Under the pieces are notes generated by a model. The model saw nothing but the letters and a program-made list of their open reading frames with translations. It did not search any database and was not told where the DNA came from. Shown here in pieces: positions 35,701-47,000 of a stretch of DNA of 64,000 nt. The stretch spans positions 15,988,373-16,052,372 of the forward strand of contig MU053881.1 in assembly GCA_013239625.1 (NCBI GenBank). Reading direction: 5' to 3'. The stretch's first letter is position 1; each line of letters opens with the position of its first letter. A program made the translations under genes and the position numbers. This DNA is from Lama guanicoe (lineage: Eukaryota).

Positions 35701-36894
35701 TTCTCAGCTTAAAGCCTTAGCAGCTTCTGGAACCCTATTTTGAATCATCTCTTCTACCTAAGTCCTTGACATCCTGTAGGTCGAAGCTCAGATGTCACCT
35801 CTTCTGGGAAGTCCTCCTGGACTGCCTTAAAATGAGATCCTCTATTATTTACTTTCCTTTTTAGGGAGTAATTGTACCCCTATTGGGGTATCTCACCAGA
35901 CTGGCAGCTCTGTGAGGGCAGCGGCTGTGGCTACCACAGTCCAGGTGATTTCAATGTCCAGCTTGGGCTGAGCACACACACAACCTAGACCAATGTCACT
36001 GCCATCCCTTCTGCCTCCCACAGGGCCCTCCTGCTGTCCCTGGTGGCAGCAGGGGTACTGATGGAAGCCAAGGGGGAAAAGTGCAGGACCCAGGGGACCT
36101 GGCCCAGGAACTATCAGCGTCACTCACCCGGTATGTGTCAGAGTCCTGGGCTGGGAGATATGCAGCCTGGGTAAGGGGAATAGGTGAGAGCCTGTGGGTG
36201 TGTTTTATACAGTGGAGGGCTGTGTGTACACTTGTGTACAGTTGTGTTCACATAGGAGCATCTTGGGCAGGTGGGTGAGAGGAGGGAATGAAGACAGGAT
36301 TTGCTCTGCCTGTGAGCCCCTCTCCATCCCTGTACCAGGGCTCTGAGCCTGCGGGAGCAGCTGCAGTCTCTGCGGGAAGAACTAGAAGAGGTGGCTCAGA
36401 AGGGGCGAGCCAGACGTGCTCAGAGTACTGAACTGAACAGTGATTTATGCAGAGCTCACAGGTGGGTCCCCATGTAACCTCAGAAGAATCTCTGGCTCTC
36501 TCTGAGCTCCTGTGTGTGACAGGTTCAATCCATTTCACACCTCCCCTGTTGCCTGATGTGTATCAGCCCCTGCTGAGTGATGCTGGGATCCCAGGAAAAC
36601 CCAATCTCAAAGAGCTCCCATCTGGGACTGGGAGTACATAGGCCCTATCTTGGGCAGAATGGGGGGGGGTGGCTATTTTCTGGCTCAACCTCTTACCCAC
36701 CCAGTGCCCTGGTCATGGCATTCCGAGGTGCCCACCGGAAGCAGGAAGAGCAACGGCGGAAGCTGGAGCAGCAGGTGGCACTAATGGAAGCCCGACAGGC
36801 AGAGGAGCTGGCAGTGCTAGAAGCCACAGCAAGGGCCCTGGGGAGGCCCAGACTGCCCTGCCGACCTCCCCGGCCAGGGGAGACCTTTCTGTAG
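29781..36894 (+). CDS. USHBP1: USH1 protein network component harmonin-binding protein 1 (MCC2), 12 coding exons, 702 aa
   Basis: Exons 29781-29834, 29929-30077, 30291-30729, 32569-32694, 32866-33002, 33174-33314, 33588-33761, 34305-34554, 35106-35324, 36024-36130, 36339-36461, 36705-36894; phases consistent. Starts [15 protein letters not shown]; coiled coils, MCC-like [31 protein letters not shown]-terminal PDZ-binding ETFL*. Confidence 0.95.
30850..31560 (+). mobile_element. LINE-2 fragment
   Basis: GTGATCAGGGAGGCCCAC...CAGGGAAAGGGAACAGCATGTGCAA...GAGTGAAGTGGGAGCCACAGAGGGTTCTGAGCA...GAGAAGTGGGCAGATTCTGG is typical of L2. Confidence 0.65.
31615..32395 (-). mobile_element. LINE-1 3' fragment (antisense in USHBP1 intron), interrupted by an exon-derived insert
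   Basis: TTGGTTGCTTCCATGTCTTGGCTATTGTAAATACTG...GGAATTGCTGGATCTTATGGTAGTTCT...ACAATCCCACCAACAGTGCACGAGGGTTC...GATGTTGAGCATCTTTTCATGTACCTGTTGGCCATCTGTATGT. Confidence 0.85.
32041..32115 (+). repeat. Diverged duplicate of USHBP1 exon segment 32583-32657
   Basis: 68/75 identical without gaps by manual alignment. Confidence 0.9.
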
Positions 36895-37699
36895 GCCCTG
36901 CTCTGGCCGTGTCTGGACATGCCAGATAGTTCTGGCAGGTCATGTCATAAATTGTCCTGGAGTAATGTTATGTCACATGGCATGACTTTGCATGTTGAGA
37001 TGTGTTCAGTGTGATGGGGGCTGGTGTGCCTGGGTGTCTGGGGCCTGATGGGGGCTAGCCAGGCATTTGAGAAAAACTTGGTATCTTTGGCCTGACACCA
37101 TGTGGCATGTGAAGACATGTCAGCAGGGTCATGCTGGAAGTGCTTGGGCTGTGGGGACAGGATCCCCAGGGCTGGCTAGGGGGATTCAGGGTTCAGTGAG
37201 GTGACTAGCCAGAGCTGAAATTCCAGCCCTCATCTGTCTTCAGAAGCCCAGGGCAGAGTCCTCTGGGGTAGGGCACATCTTCCCTGCCCAGCACATTCCC
37301 AGGGAGATGCTGGGTTTGGCATGGCAGATGCTCCCAAGAGGAAGATACCCATTGCCCAGAAAGAAGACTGAGGCCTGAATGGTTCAGGGTTTGGAACATT
37401 AGCTGGAAGAGCATCACTCCCACAGTGGAGGTGGGGGAGGAGGAATCAGAGGTGGCTTTGGAACTTACATTCTAAGAATGTGGACTTAAGATAAAGGGCT
37501 CCTGGGTGGCGATCATAGCAAAGGGAAAAAAACCCAACAATCAGGAACTCAGAGAGGTGCTAATGGCGGGCAAGGAGGCACACTGCGGCCCTCGAGGGCC
37601 TGGATGGCCCCTGGCTAGGCTGAGAATTTGCTTTCACCTGCCAGAGATGGGAGCTATGGGAGGTGTTAATATCAGATTAACAGCAGACAGCTGATTAGC

Positions 37700-38560
37700 A
37701 TGTTATTTGCATATGCCACACCCCTCACCCTTCCACTCGGGTCTGGCAGGGTTGGAAAGGGGGGCTGGGCACGATCCAGTCACCCCGGATTAGTGGCCAG
37801 CTGTCCCCTCCTGGGCGGTAGCTGAAACCCAAGACGGGGATTAGAAAGATTTTCATTCCCAGCCTGGTGGCGGCGGTGGTGGTGGTGTTTCCAGGCGGTA
37901 CCTGTGCAGGTGTGTGTGGCGCTGCTGCCTCTCGCAGCGGAGGGCAAGGCTGGCCTGACGTCGGCGCTAGTCAGCCGCCCAGAGTCAGCCTGGTCCTCCT
38001 GACCCATAGACGCCTCGGGAAGCGCTGGGGCTGGTGACCTTCGAACAGCACCGAGGCTGGGTTTGAAGAAAGCAGAAAAAGTCAGGCGGGCAAGGTCGCC
38101 CGGGGTGGAGCAGAAGAGCCGACTTTGCCCACCTTTGGTCCCTCTTCTGCCCCAGGGATCCAAGAGTGACCTTAGCCCCGAGTCCCCTCAGGCTCCCCGT
38201 GGAGGAGGCGGGGGCCCAAGAGGAGACAAGGTCACCTGTTGGAAGGTGGAGAAGGAGTTCGCGCTGGAGGTGCGGGCGGGAGCTGAGGCCGCTGTTGGGG
38301 AGCGGGCGCCGGTTCCCAGGCCGCCGGGGGCCGGGTTTTGCGGTTCCCACGGGTGCTCCCGCGGCAGATGGGCCCAGGCCTCTTTGTCCCCGGTCCGCCG
38401 CCGCTGCAAGGTCAAAAGTCACCTCGGGGCCGCGGGCAGGGGTCAGGAGGGCGGGGCTGGACCTCGACCGCCCCACCAGGGCCCCAGGGGATGCGGTGAC
38501 GGTGGAGCTACTGGGAGGGGGCGGGGCGGCCGCTGAGGGGTTGGATCAATCCAAGGTTCT
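37700..38560. promoter_or_regulatory. Intergenic CpG-rich element with clustered nuclear-receptor half-sites (candidate NR2F6 enhancer or upstream promoter)
   Basis: High CpG density; TGACCT 38035 and 38167, AGGTCA 38229, DR1 38409-38421, GGGTCA 38440; octamer ATTTGCAT 37705. Confidence 0.5.
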
Positions 38561-39884
38561 GGAATCTGCGGCAGACCTTCTCCCCAGATCACTGTTTAGG
38601 AGCCCCCCTCCCTCAGACTTGTGTCCCTCAAACCTCAGTTCCCTGCCCTCTTCCTTCTCCAGCCTCCCTCTGACTCCATCCCCCCGAGCCTTCTCTCCTC
38701 TACAAGTCTCCCTCTGTCATCTCTTCTCTGAGACACCCCCCCCCCCAAAACCCCCCCCCCAAAGCTCCTGGGAAGGCCACCCCCGACCTAAATATCCAGC
38801 TAACGCCCCCATATTCCCAGGCAGCCCCAGAAACAAAGGGCTCTCTCTAACCATCCAGGCCCTTTTCCCCCAGAGTGGCTTACAGGCCAGAGAACTATAG
38901 TCAGACCCATGGAAAGTCCGTGCTTATGTCTAACCCTAGTCCTTCTTGCTTTCCATACTTGCTAAAAACCTCCCCTACTTCATACCCAGCCAGACCTTCC
39001 CTGGGAGTGCCAGAGGCCCCACGGCTGGGCATGCATTGACTGGCTTCTCTAGAACCTTGATATCCTCAAGTGCTGCATGATCTCCAAGCATCTCCTGCCC
39101 TCACCAAGGAGGGTGCCCCCTCAGATGTCTTCTAGAAAGGGAATACCTTTTCCCAAGGACGCTCCCTGAGAAAAGAAGGTGTAGGAGCCCATGGGGGCAG
39201 AGGGCACTGCTCCTCTTCAGACAGCCTTCAAAGGCCCAGCCACGTGTCCTCGTGTCCAGCTTAGCCCAGGGCAGGGTGGGAGATAAGGCAGGGTGCCTGG
39301 CCCTGCAGGACTCCAAGGTGAAAGGTCACTGCAGGAAGGGCTTTTCCAGCCGGTTAAAAGTTAACAGGCTCAGAAACAGAGGCTAAGGTTTCCTTGCTCA
39401 GGGAGGCTAGGGGGCATGCAAAGGGTGCTTAATAAATACTGGCCACCCCTGCCCAGGCTCCTGTGGGTGAGGCCCAGGGTCTTGGGGGTGACCTGGCAGC
39501 TGGGAGTCTCTGGGGGAGCCTGGAAGAGACATCTGTAGTCCGGCCGGCCGCCAGGCCAAGCCCTTTCTGTAAAGCACAGAAAGAAAAGGAAATTAAAGGG
39601 GAATGGGGGCAGGCCCCAGCAGGGGTGGTGGGCATTCCCGTTGCCTCCAGCCTGGCTGGGCGGGTGGGCGCCCTGCCCCCAGAGGCCTGAAAATTCTGGC
39701 GAGGGGCCCCCTGACCTCGCGCCCCCGCCGGCCACAGACCACAACATCCCTTCCCCCCGGAGATTCCGAGCACCAGGTGTTAGCCTAAGCAGAGAATAGG
39801 TGGGGTGGGGGTCGGACGCAGCGACTTTCTGGAAGAGGAAGCAAACACAATCCATCATGCAACTGTGCAAAGAAATGCCCCAGG

Positions 39885-39920
<36 letters not shown>
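39885..39920. repeat. (GT)n microsatellite
   Basis: Read directly from the sequence. Confidence 0.9.
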
Positions 39921-39921
<1 letters not shown>

Positions 39922-40169
39922 GCGCAGGGGCGTGCCCCCCGTTGCAACTGGCCCCCCATTATTGCTTCTGCCGGGAATGCAAGGGGTGGTGCCGAGGGGC
40001 GCCTCGAGGGCGGTTGAACGACACAACGTCCAAGGCCGGAGGTGGAGGGGAGGGCCTTAGAGAGACATCTTGGCGAGGCTGAGGAAGGGCAGAGGGCAGC
40101 AGTGGCCCAGGCTCCCGCCGCGGCCCGGCTGGGGTTACGGCTGGAGCGGGCCGAGGGCGGGGGTGGGAG

Positions 40170-40456
40170 NNNNNNNNNNNNNNNNNNNNNNNNNNNNNNN
40201 NNNNNNNNNNNNNNNNNNNNNNNNNNNNNNNNNNNNNNNNNNNNNNNNNNNNNNNNNNNNNNNNNNNNNNNNNNNNNNNNNNNNNNNNNNNNNNNNNNNN
40301 NNNNNNNNNNNNNNNNNNNNNNNNNNNNNNNNNNNNNNNNNNNNNNNNNNNNNNNNNNNNNNNNNNNNNNNNNNNNNNNNNNNNNNNNNNNNNNNNNNNN
40401 NNNNNNNNNNNNNNNNNNNNNNNNNNNNNNNNNNNNNNNNNNNNNNNNNNNNNNNN
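40170..40456. other. Assembly gap (287 N) in the GC-rich NR2F6 promoter
   Basis: Run of n characters. Confidence 1.
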
Positions 40457-41017
40457 CCGCCGCCCTGCAGGCCCGGAGCGGCCGCCGGGGGCCCGGGGGA
40501 CTCGGGGTGGGCGGTGACCAGCCCCGGCGCGCGCCCGCTGCCCCTCCCCCCCGCCGCGGGCGGCCGCGCAACTTGCGGCCAAACTTTCCCCCCGGCCTCC
40601 CGCGCTCGGATGGCAACCCGCTAAGTTGGCCGCAGCCCTCGGCGGAGCGGCGGCCAGGCCAGAGGGCGCCCCCAGCGCAGCCTGGGCCGGGCCATGGCCC
40701 ATGCTCCCCCGCCGGGGCCCCAGGGCGGCGGGGCGCGAGTCCCCAGGGCCCCCGGCCCGCACCTCTAGCGCGCCCCCCCGGCCCCGGGCCCGGCCCCGCG
40801 CACGCGTGGGAAAGTTGGCCTGGAACCGGCCCGACCAGTTCCGCCCGGGCGCCCGGACCGGCCGCAGGAAGTTGCTGCAAAACTTTTTTGGGGGGTGCAG
40901 CCGGGTGCCCCCCGCGCGCCGGGGCCGGATGCGCGCCGGGTAGGGTCCTCCGGGCCGAGAGGGGTGCCCCGAGGGAAGAGCACGGAGGGGGCGCCCCGGC
41001 CCCACTGCCCTGGGGCT

Positions 41018-44000
41018 ATGGCCATGGTGACCGGCGGCTGGGGCGGCTCTGGCGGCGGCGGCGACACGAACGGCGTGGACAAGGCAGGCGGCTACCCGCG
41101 TGCCGCGGAGGAAGACTCGGCCTCACCACCCGGCGCCGCCAGCGACGCTGAGCCTGGCGACGAGGAGCGGCCGGGGCTGCAGGTGGACTGCGTGGTGTGC
41201 GGGGACAAGTCGAGCGGCAAGCACTACGGCGTCTTCACCTGCGAAGGCTGCAAGAGCTTCTTCAAGCGGAGCATCCGCCGCAACCTCAGCTACACCTGCC
41301 GGTGAGCCCCCTATCAGCGCAGGGCCGCCGGGCATACAGTCCCGGCCTGGGCCGGGCCTCTGACCGCCTCGGTCACCTTGGGCCTGGCGCTGACCTTCCC
41401 TGGGTCTCTACTCCCCCTCTGAGATAGGGGCACAGCTCCCTCTTCCCCTTTTCCATTGCATTCCATTCCAGGATTGTGTATACAGTCGGCGCTGTATCGA
41501 TGCAGGTCCCCCCATCAGGTGGTCCCTTGTGGCTTCCGTCCCAGTTACTTGCTTATCCTCCCTCCCTTTTCCCTGGAGAGGGGTCAACTCCGCGGAGGGA
41601 GAGGTCGGGGGTTCTGTCAAGGGTGGGACCCTAACTCCAGGGCATTCCTTCTCTTCGGAATCTCGGCGCGCGGGGGACCCCGCGGGAATCGAACGTGGAA
41701 CTTGGACTGTGGAGCTCGCGGCGTCCAGGGGCCATTGTCTGCGGCCGCGCGGATCGATACGGCGCGCCCTTGGGGTCAAATATCACTTCCAAAGTCGCTC
41801 TGGCCACTGAGGCGGCCGCGGGAGCGAAACTGGGATGGCACAGGGCGGCCTTCTCATGGGGGCCCCTGCTGTGGGGGTAGTTGGGCCTGCCCATGGGGGG
41901 AACCCCTCCTGGGCTCAAGCTGGGCCTTGGGTCACCGGAAACTGCTGCTCGAGGTCCGGGAGGGTGGCTGGATGGGACCGCATCTTGGCAGCTCCACCCC
42001 TCCTCCCAGCCAGGAGTGGGTGCGGACCTGGGCTCCTGGAAAATCCCTGAAACTTTCGTCGGCTCTGAGGCAGGGTGGGGGTGAATGTTTCCAAGAAAGA
42101 GCCCTGGGCTGTCCTAGGTTGGAGCCCCCACTGACAGGGCGTGGCCTTATTAGCTTCTCTGGTTGGTGCTGGGGCATTGAGTCTGGGGGAGAAGGCGCTG
42201 GCATTGGGTTTCCAGCCCAGGGCCCCCTTTTCCACCACTCTTTGATGAGCATCCTTTCATTCCATTGACAAGCCCCTACTTCCCATTCCCGATGAACCTG
42301 CGTGGGCTCTGCAGAACCAGTAGGGAGAGTCCCATTTTCCAGAAAGGCAAAACTGAGGTCTAGAAAGGTCCTGGTGCCTGCTCTAGGTCACCTAGAAAGA
42401 GACCTAGCCCCAGTTGGGATTTAGCTAGGGGAACTGTGTGGTTGGGAAGGAGGGTGCCTTTGAGTCTGGGTCAGGATATTTCCAGGGAGAGCTGCTGATG
42501 GAGTGCTTGTTGACAAGGCCACTGGGCGGGGCCCTGGGCACCTGAGGCAGGAGTTTGGCCCCAGGTCCAGCGTCAGGGCCTGTCTGGGGTGGCTGTGTGT
42601 GGAGGGGAGCTGGCTTACTCCCTCCTGAAGTGCTAACTGGGCCATCAGACTTTGGCCTCATTCTTGCTGCTAGAATAACTGCCTGCTCTCTGACCAGGTC
42701 TTCAGGGAGGGCAGGGGAGGGGCTTAGGTCGTCTGGGGGTCCCAGAGGCTCCCTGAGAGCTGGGGCAAGGAGCACCAGGAGAGGTGGGGCATGGGGAGGG
42801 GGACATTGGGGCTGGCAGGCTTTTCAGAAGGTCTGTGCTGTGGGACCTAGTGAAGTCACCGCTCCTCTCTGAGCTTCAGATTAATTCAGCAAAGTCCTCT
42901 CAGGGCTGAGCCTGGGTGGTTTGAGGCTGGCCCCCTGGAGAGACCCCAGCTCCAAGCCCAGCCTTCATCCAGTTTGAAGGAGACACAGTGAGACACAGAT
43001 GTCCCCTAGCCTGTGGGGTCTGGGCTGGGCCAGAGGGAGGGATGATCTGGGTTCCCAGGAAGGAGCAAGGAACTCTGAGGGTCAGAGAGGGCTGCCTGGT
43101 GGAAGGCCACAGGAGTTGGGCCTTGAAGCTTGAGGGGTTTGACAGGTAGAAGAGGCAAAGGGCTGTCTTGCAGAGAGTGTGGCTTTAGCAAACACTCAGG
43201 TTTGGGGAGCAGTGTTGTTAGATGAGACCACCCAGGCTTGGGAGAAGTTAGAGCTGAGTGGGCCTGAAATGCTGGACTGAGGGTGATGGGGAGCCATGGC
43301 GGGTCTGTGAGCAAGGAACGGCTAAGATCAAATTGGACCAGAAGCCAGAAACCCTGAAAGAAGGCCAAGTTGAGCTGTGTGGTTGGGCCAAGCATGTGCT
43401 CTTTAGGTGGGATAACAGGTAGGACTTACTCTTTCCCCATCTGGAGGGACAGAGGATCTGTCCTGACCCTGCAACTGGGGAAGTTGAGGCAGAAGGTTTA
43501 GGGCCTCCCCTGAGGTCAGAGGATTCTGAGTCCAGCCTCTGCCTGGCTGCCTGGCTGCCTCAGGCCTAGTCGTTTCCACCCGGCTGCCCAGGACCCTCCC
43601 ACTGCCTGCCTGCTGAGCTTTGTTCTGGTTCTGCCTGAGCTCCCTCTGCCTTAGCAGGGCCTCTTCCTGGGGGCTTGGGCTGGGTGGTGGGCAGAGGCCT
43701 GGGCTCAGAGGCTGGCGCTGTGGGACACAGGCACTCAGAGGCCCTCCAGAGCCTCAGCTCTCCTAAACCTGCCATTAGGACCTGCCAGCTGAGGTCTGGG
43801 TCTTGACATCCTCTCCTCCTCTCCTCTCTCCTTATTTCTCTAGAATGAGTGCATCCCATATAGAGGTGGTCTCTGGCCTCCCATTTCCAGATGAGGAAAC
43901 CAAGGCTCACTGTAGAAGTCAAATATGTTTGATTTTTAACTTCAAGTGTTTGTTTTACTCTGTGACTGTCTCTGGGTACCCTCTTGGTACCTGGCTGGGA

Positions 44001-47000
44001 CTCTAGGCTGTCTACCCCTGACCTGGGCCTCAAAAGGCCTGGGGCCCAGGGTGGAAAGAGAGAGGGAGCAGGGGCCAAGGGGAAAAGGTGCTGGGGACAT
44101 TTGAAGAACAAGGGCCTGAACCTTCCTGCTTGGGACTGACCTTGGACATGAGCTCACTGCCTCACAGGGTGGGGCCACCTGGAAGAAGCAACACAGTCCC
44201 CAAGGGCTGCCCAGAGGAAGCTTCCTGGGCTCAGTTAGGAGTTGGAAGTTCTTTCCAGAGGAGGGGTTTGGGATCTTAAAGGGGGATACAGGATTTCATT
44301 CATTCATTCATTCATTTATTCATTCATTGGCAGTGGCCATGTGCAGGGTGATAATGCTGGGTCCCCACAGAGGACTGGCCCTGGCCTGGCCCCTTAGCTC
44401 ACAAAGCCCTGCTCCCTGACCACATTCTTTCTCTACTCTCACATTGCCCTTGGGTCAAAGACCCTGTCCCTTGGCCTGACAATGACCAAGTCAAATGAGC
44501 CCATCTAGGCCTCCATATTTTGGCATTTCCAACCTTTTGTTGTCATTACACTCTCTGCCTAGAACTGCCTCTCCAGTCACCTGGGGAACTTCTGTTCATC
44601 CTTCAAAACCCAGTTCCAGCCTACCCTCCCTGGTTTTGTTGCTAATCTACTTTGCCACAGACTGCTCTTCGTCTGTCACCGTTCACCCAAGTTGTCTTTT
44701 CCTCTTTGCACACTTGCCACTTCGGAGCCACCTGCTGAGTGTGGGTTGGGTGGGACATTGGTGGTCCTCAGGTGCAGCCTTTAAAGAGAGCTTACAAGGT
44801 GGCTCCAGGAGCAGGATGTGGGTGTCACCTTATGGTGGCCTCTGCATGCCCACAGGTCCAACCGTGACTGCCAGATCGACCAGCACCACCGGAACCAGTG
44901 CCAATACTGCCGCCTCAAGAAGTGCTTCCGGGTGGGCATGAGGAAGGAGGGTGAGTACACGCGGGGGTGGAGTGGGCAGGCAGTGAACAAACGACCTGCC
45001 CTCCGCTCCCTCTCGGGGTCTGGGAGCTGTGGAGGGCGGGCTCTGGCGCCTGCTAACCTCATTACCACCGATCTTGACATCCCGTGGGCCTGGGCCTGGG
45101 CCTGACCCTGGGCTGGAGGAATCCAATTATCCATGGCTGCCTGGTGGCTGCGGCAGAGCTGGGAATGTAAGAGACTCCCCGACTCCACCCCACATTAGAA
45201 CTGTTCTCCTCCTTGCCCCGCCCCAGTTCCTCCCCAAGCCACTTGGACTGGGGTGGCCCTGACACCCCAGTGACCCTCCTGCCCTCTAGCCTAGACACCA
45301 CTTTTTCTGAACAAGGATGTAGTTTTTTATTTGATTTGCTTTTCCTCCACCCTCCCCCCTCCACCCCCTGCCTTGTGTTTGCCCAAGGCAGGAACTCACC
45401 CGATTAAGGCAAAGGGCAGCTTACCCTTCTGCCTGACCTGGGTCACGGGGAGCCAGAGGGAGGCCCAGCTTCTTGTCCCTGCCCCAGGGACTTGGGTGGA
45501 CACATGTGGGGCAGCTGAGTCTAGAACTCCACCAAACACTCTAGAATTCAAGTGGGACCCAGAGACTTCCACACAGAGCCGTTGAGAGCAGAATGTGGCC
45601 TACTGAATGAGCCCGTGCTAGACTTCATGCCTGGACTCTCATGGGCCAGGCCTGCAGTTCTTCCCTGCATCTGCCCTGAATCTCTTCTGCTCTAAAGTTG
45701 GTTTCTTCTCTGCTGGGTCACTGGAAGAATCTGGGAATTCTTCGCTCAGAGTCTTTCTCTTAAGATTGTCTGATCACTCCCTTTAGCCATTTTAAGTTTG
45801 GGGGTGATTCTTTCCCACCCTGCAACCTGCATTTTGCCTCCACTTGTTGATTTGACCTAAAATCCTGATGTATGTCAAATCAGGGTCACAGCTCTCCATA
45901 GTATCTGGGTGGAAATAATAATCTCAGCTCATGCCCCAAGCACAGCCCTATCTCAGGGTCTTTGCACAGGCTGTTCCCTCTGCCTGGAATGCTCTTCCCC
46001 TAGATAACCTGCATGGCTTCCTCCCTCACCTCCTTTAAGATTTGCTCAAACAACACCTCCTCAGAGAAGCCCTCCTGATTACTCTTCACTTTCGCCCCTT
46101 TATTTCTTGCCATTCTGTCTTGCTGTATAACTTACCTACTCCTGCATCAGGATATCTGCTCCTCAAGGTCAGAGACTTCTGTCTGACATATCCCCAGTGC
46201 TCAGATCAGGTCCCGGAACACAGAAGGGCCTTAATAAATGTTTCTTGGCTTGAATTACTGTCCATTTAGCTCTTATGTGCCAAGTGCTGTTCTAACCCAG
46301 TTAGATACGTGCTCATTTAACTCAGTGGTTGGTTTCATCATCATTATCATTAACTGCATTTTATAGGTGGGGAAACTGAGTAGAAACCAGAGAGGTGAGA
46401 CCATTTGCCAGTGTCAGAGGGCAGTAGAATGGTGGTTGGGAATTTGAACCCAGGCAGTCTGGGCTGAATGAGGCAGAAGAGCTGGGGATGGGGCTCTCAG
46501 GAAGCAAGAACAGTAAGTGCAAAGGCCGTGAGGTGGAAACCTGACTTGGTGATGGAGGAATGGTGAGGGTGGGGTTTAGAACTAAATGGGTCAGGGGTTG
46601 ACTGGTGGGATTCATTCTTGGGCCTTATCCAGCTACACCCATTTGACAGCTGATCCTGAGACTTGGAAGTCACATGGAGCAAGGCTTGAACCCAAGCCCT
46701 TGGTTCCCGGATCAGCTCCACTGGCCCCTGGCTCCCACTTGCGCCCCCCCTCCCCATCTGCTTCATGGTGGTTTGACTGGGAGTTCATGGAGGTGATGAG
46801 ACAGGGCACACTGCCTCATTAAAGCTCATTAATTAGTCTCTGTCTGGCACCCAGCCCAGTCGGCCCCTCTACCCCGCCCACTGTGGCACAGGCCAGGCTG
46901 GCATAAGGCCAGCCCTCTTCCTCTTGGTGCCTCAGCTTCCCTCTTCCCACCTGCCTCATCACAGGGGACACTGGCCAGGGTGAGTAATTGGCCCTACTCC

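Noticed and set aside
36910..37130. CATG-rich stretch with p53-like half-sites after the USHBP1 stop; only variant poly(A) signals (CATAAA 36946, GATAAA 37490)
   Set aside because: Half-sites are not paired into a full element, and the 3' end cannot be fixed from sequence alone.
37985..38900. 157-244 aa ORFs in the intergenic CpG-rich element
   Set aside because: Expected by chance at this GC content; non-ATG starts and no recognisable protein features.
39855..41151. Long ORFs (341-369 aa) on both strands near NR2F6
   Set aside because: Artefacts of the N gap and extreme GC content.
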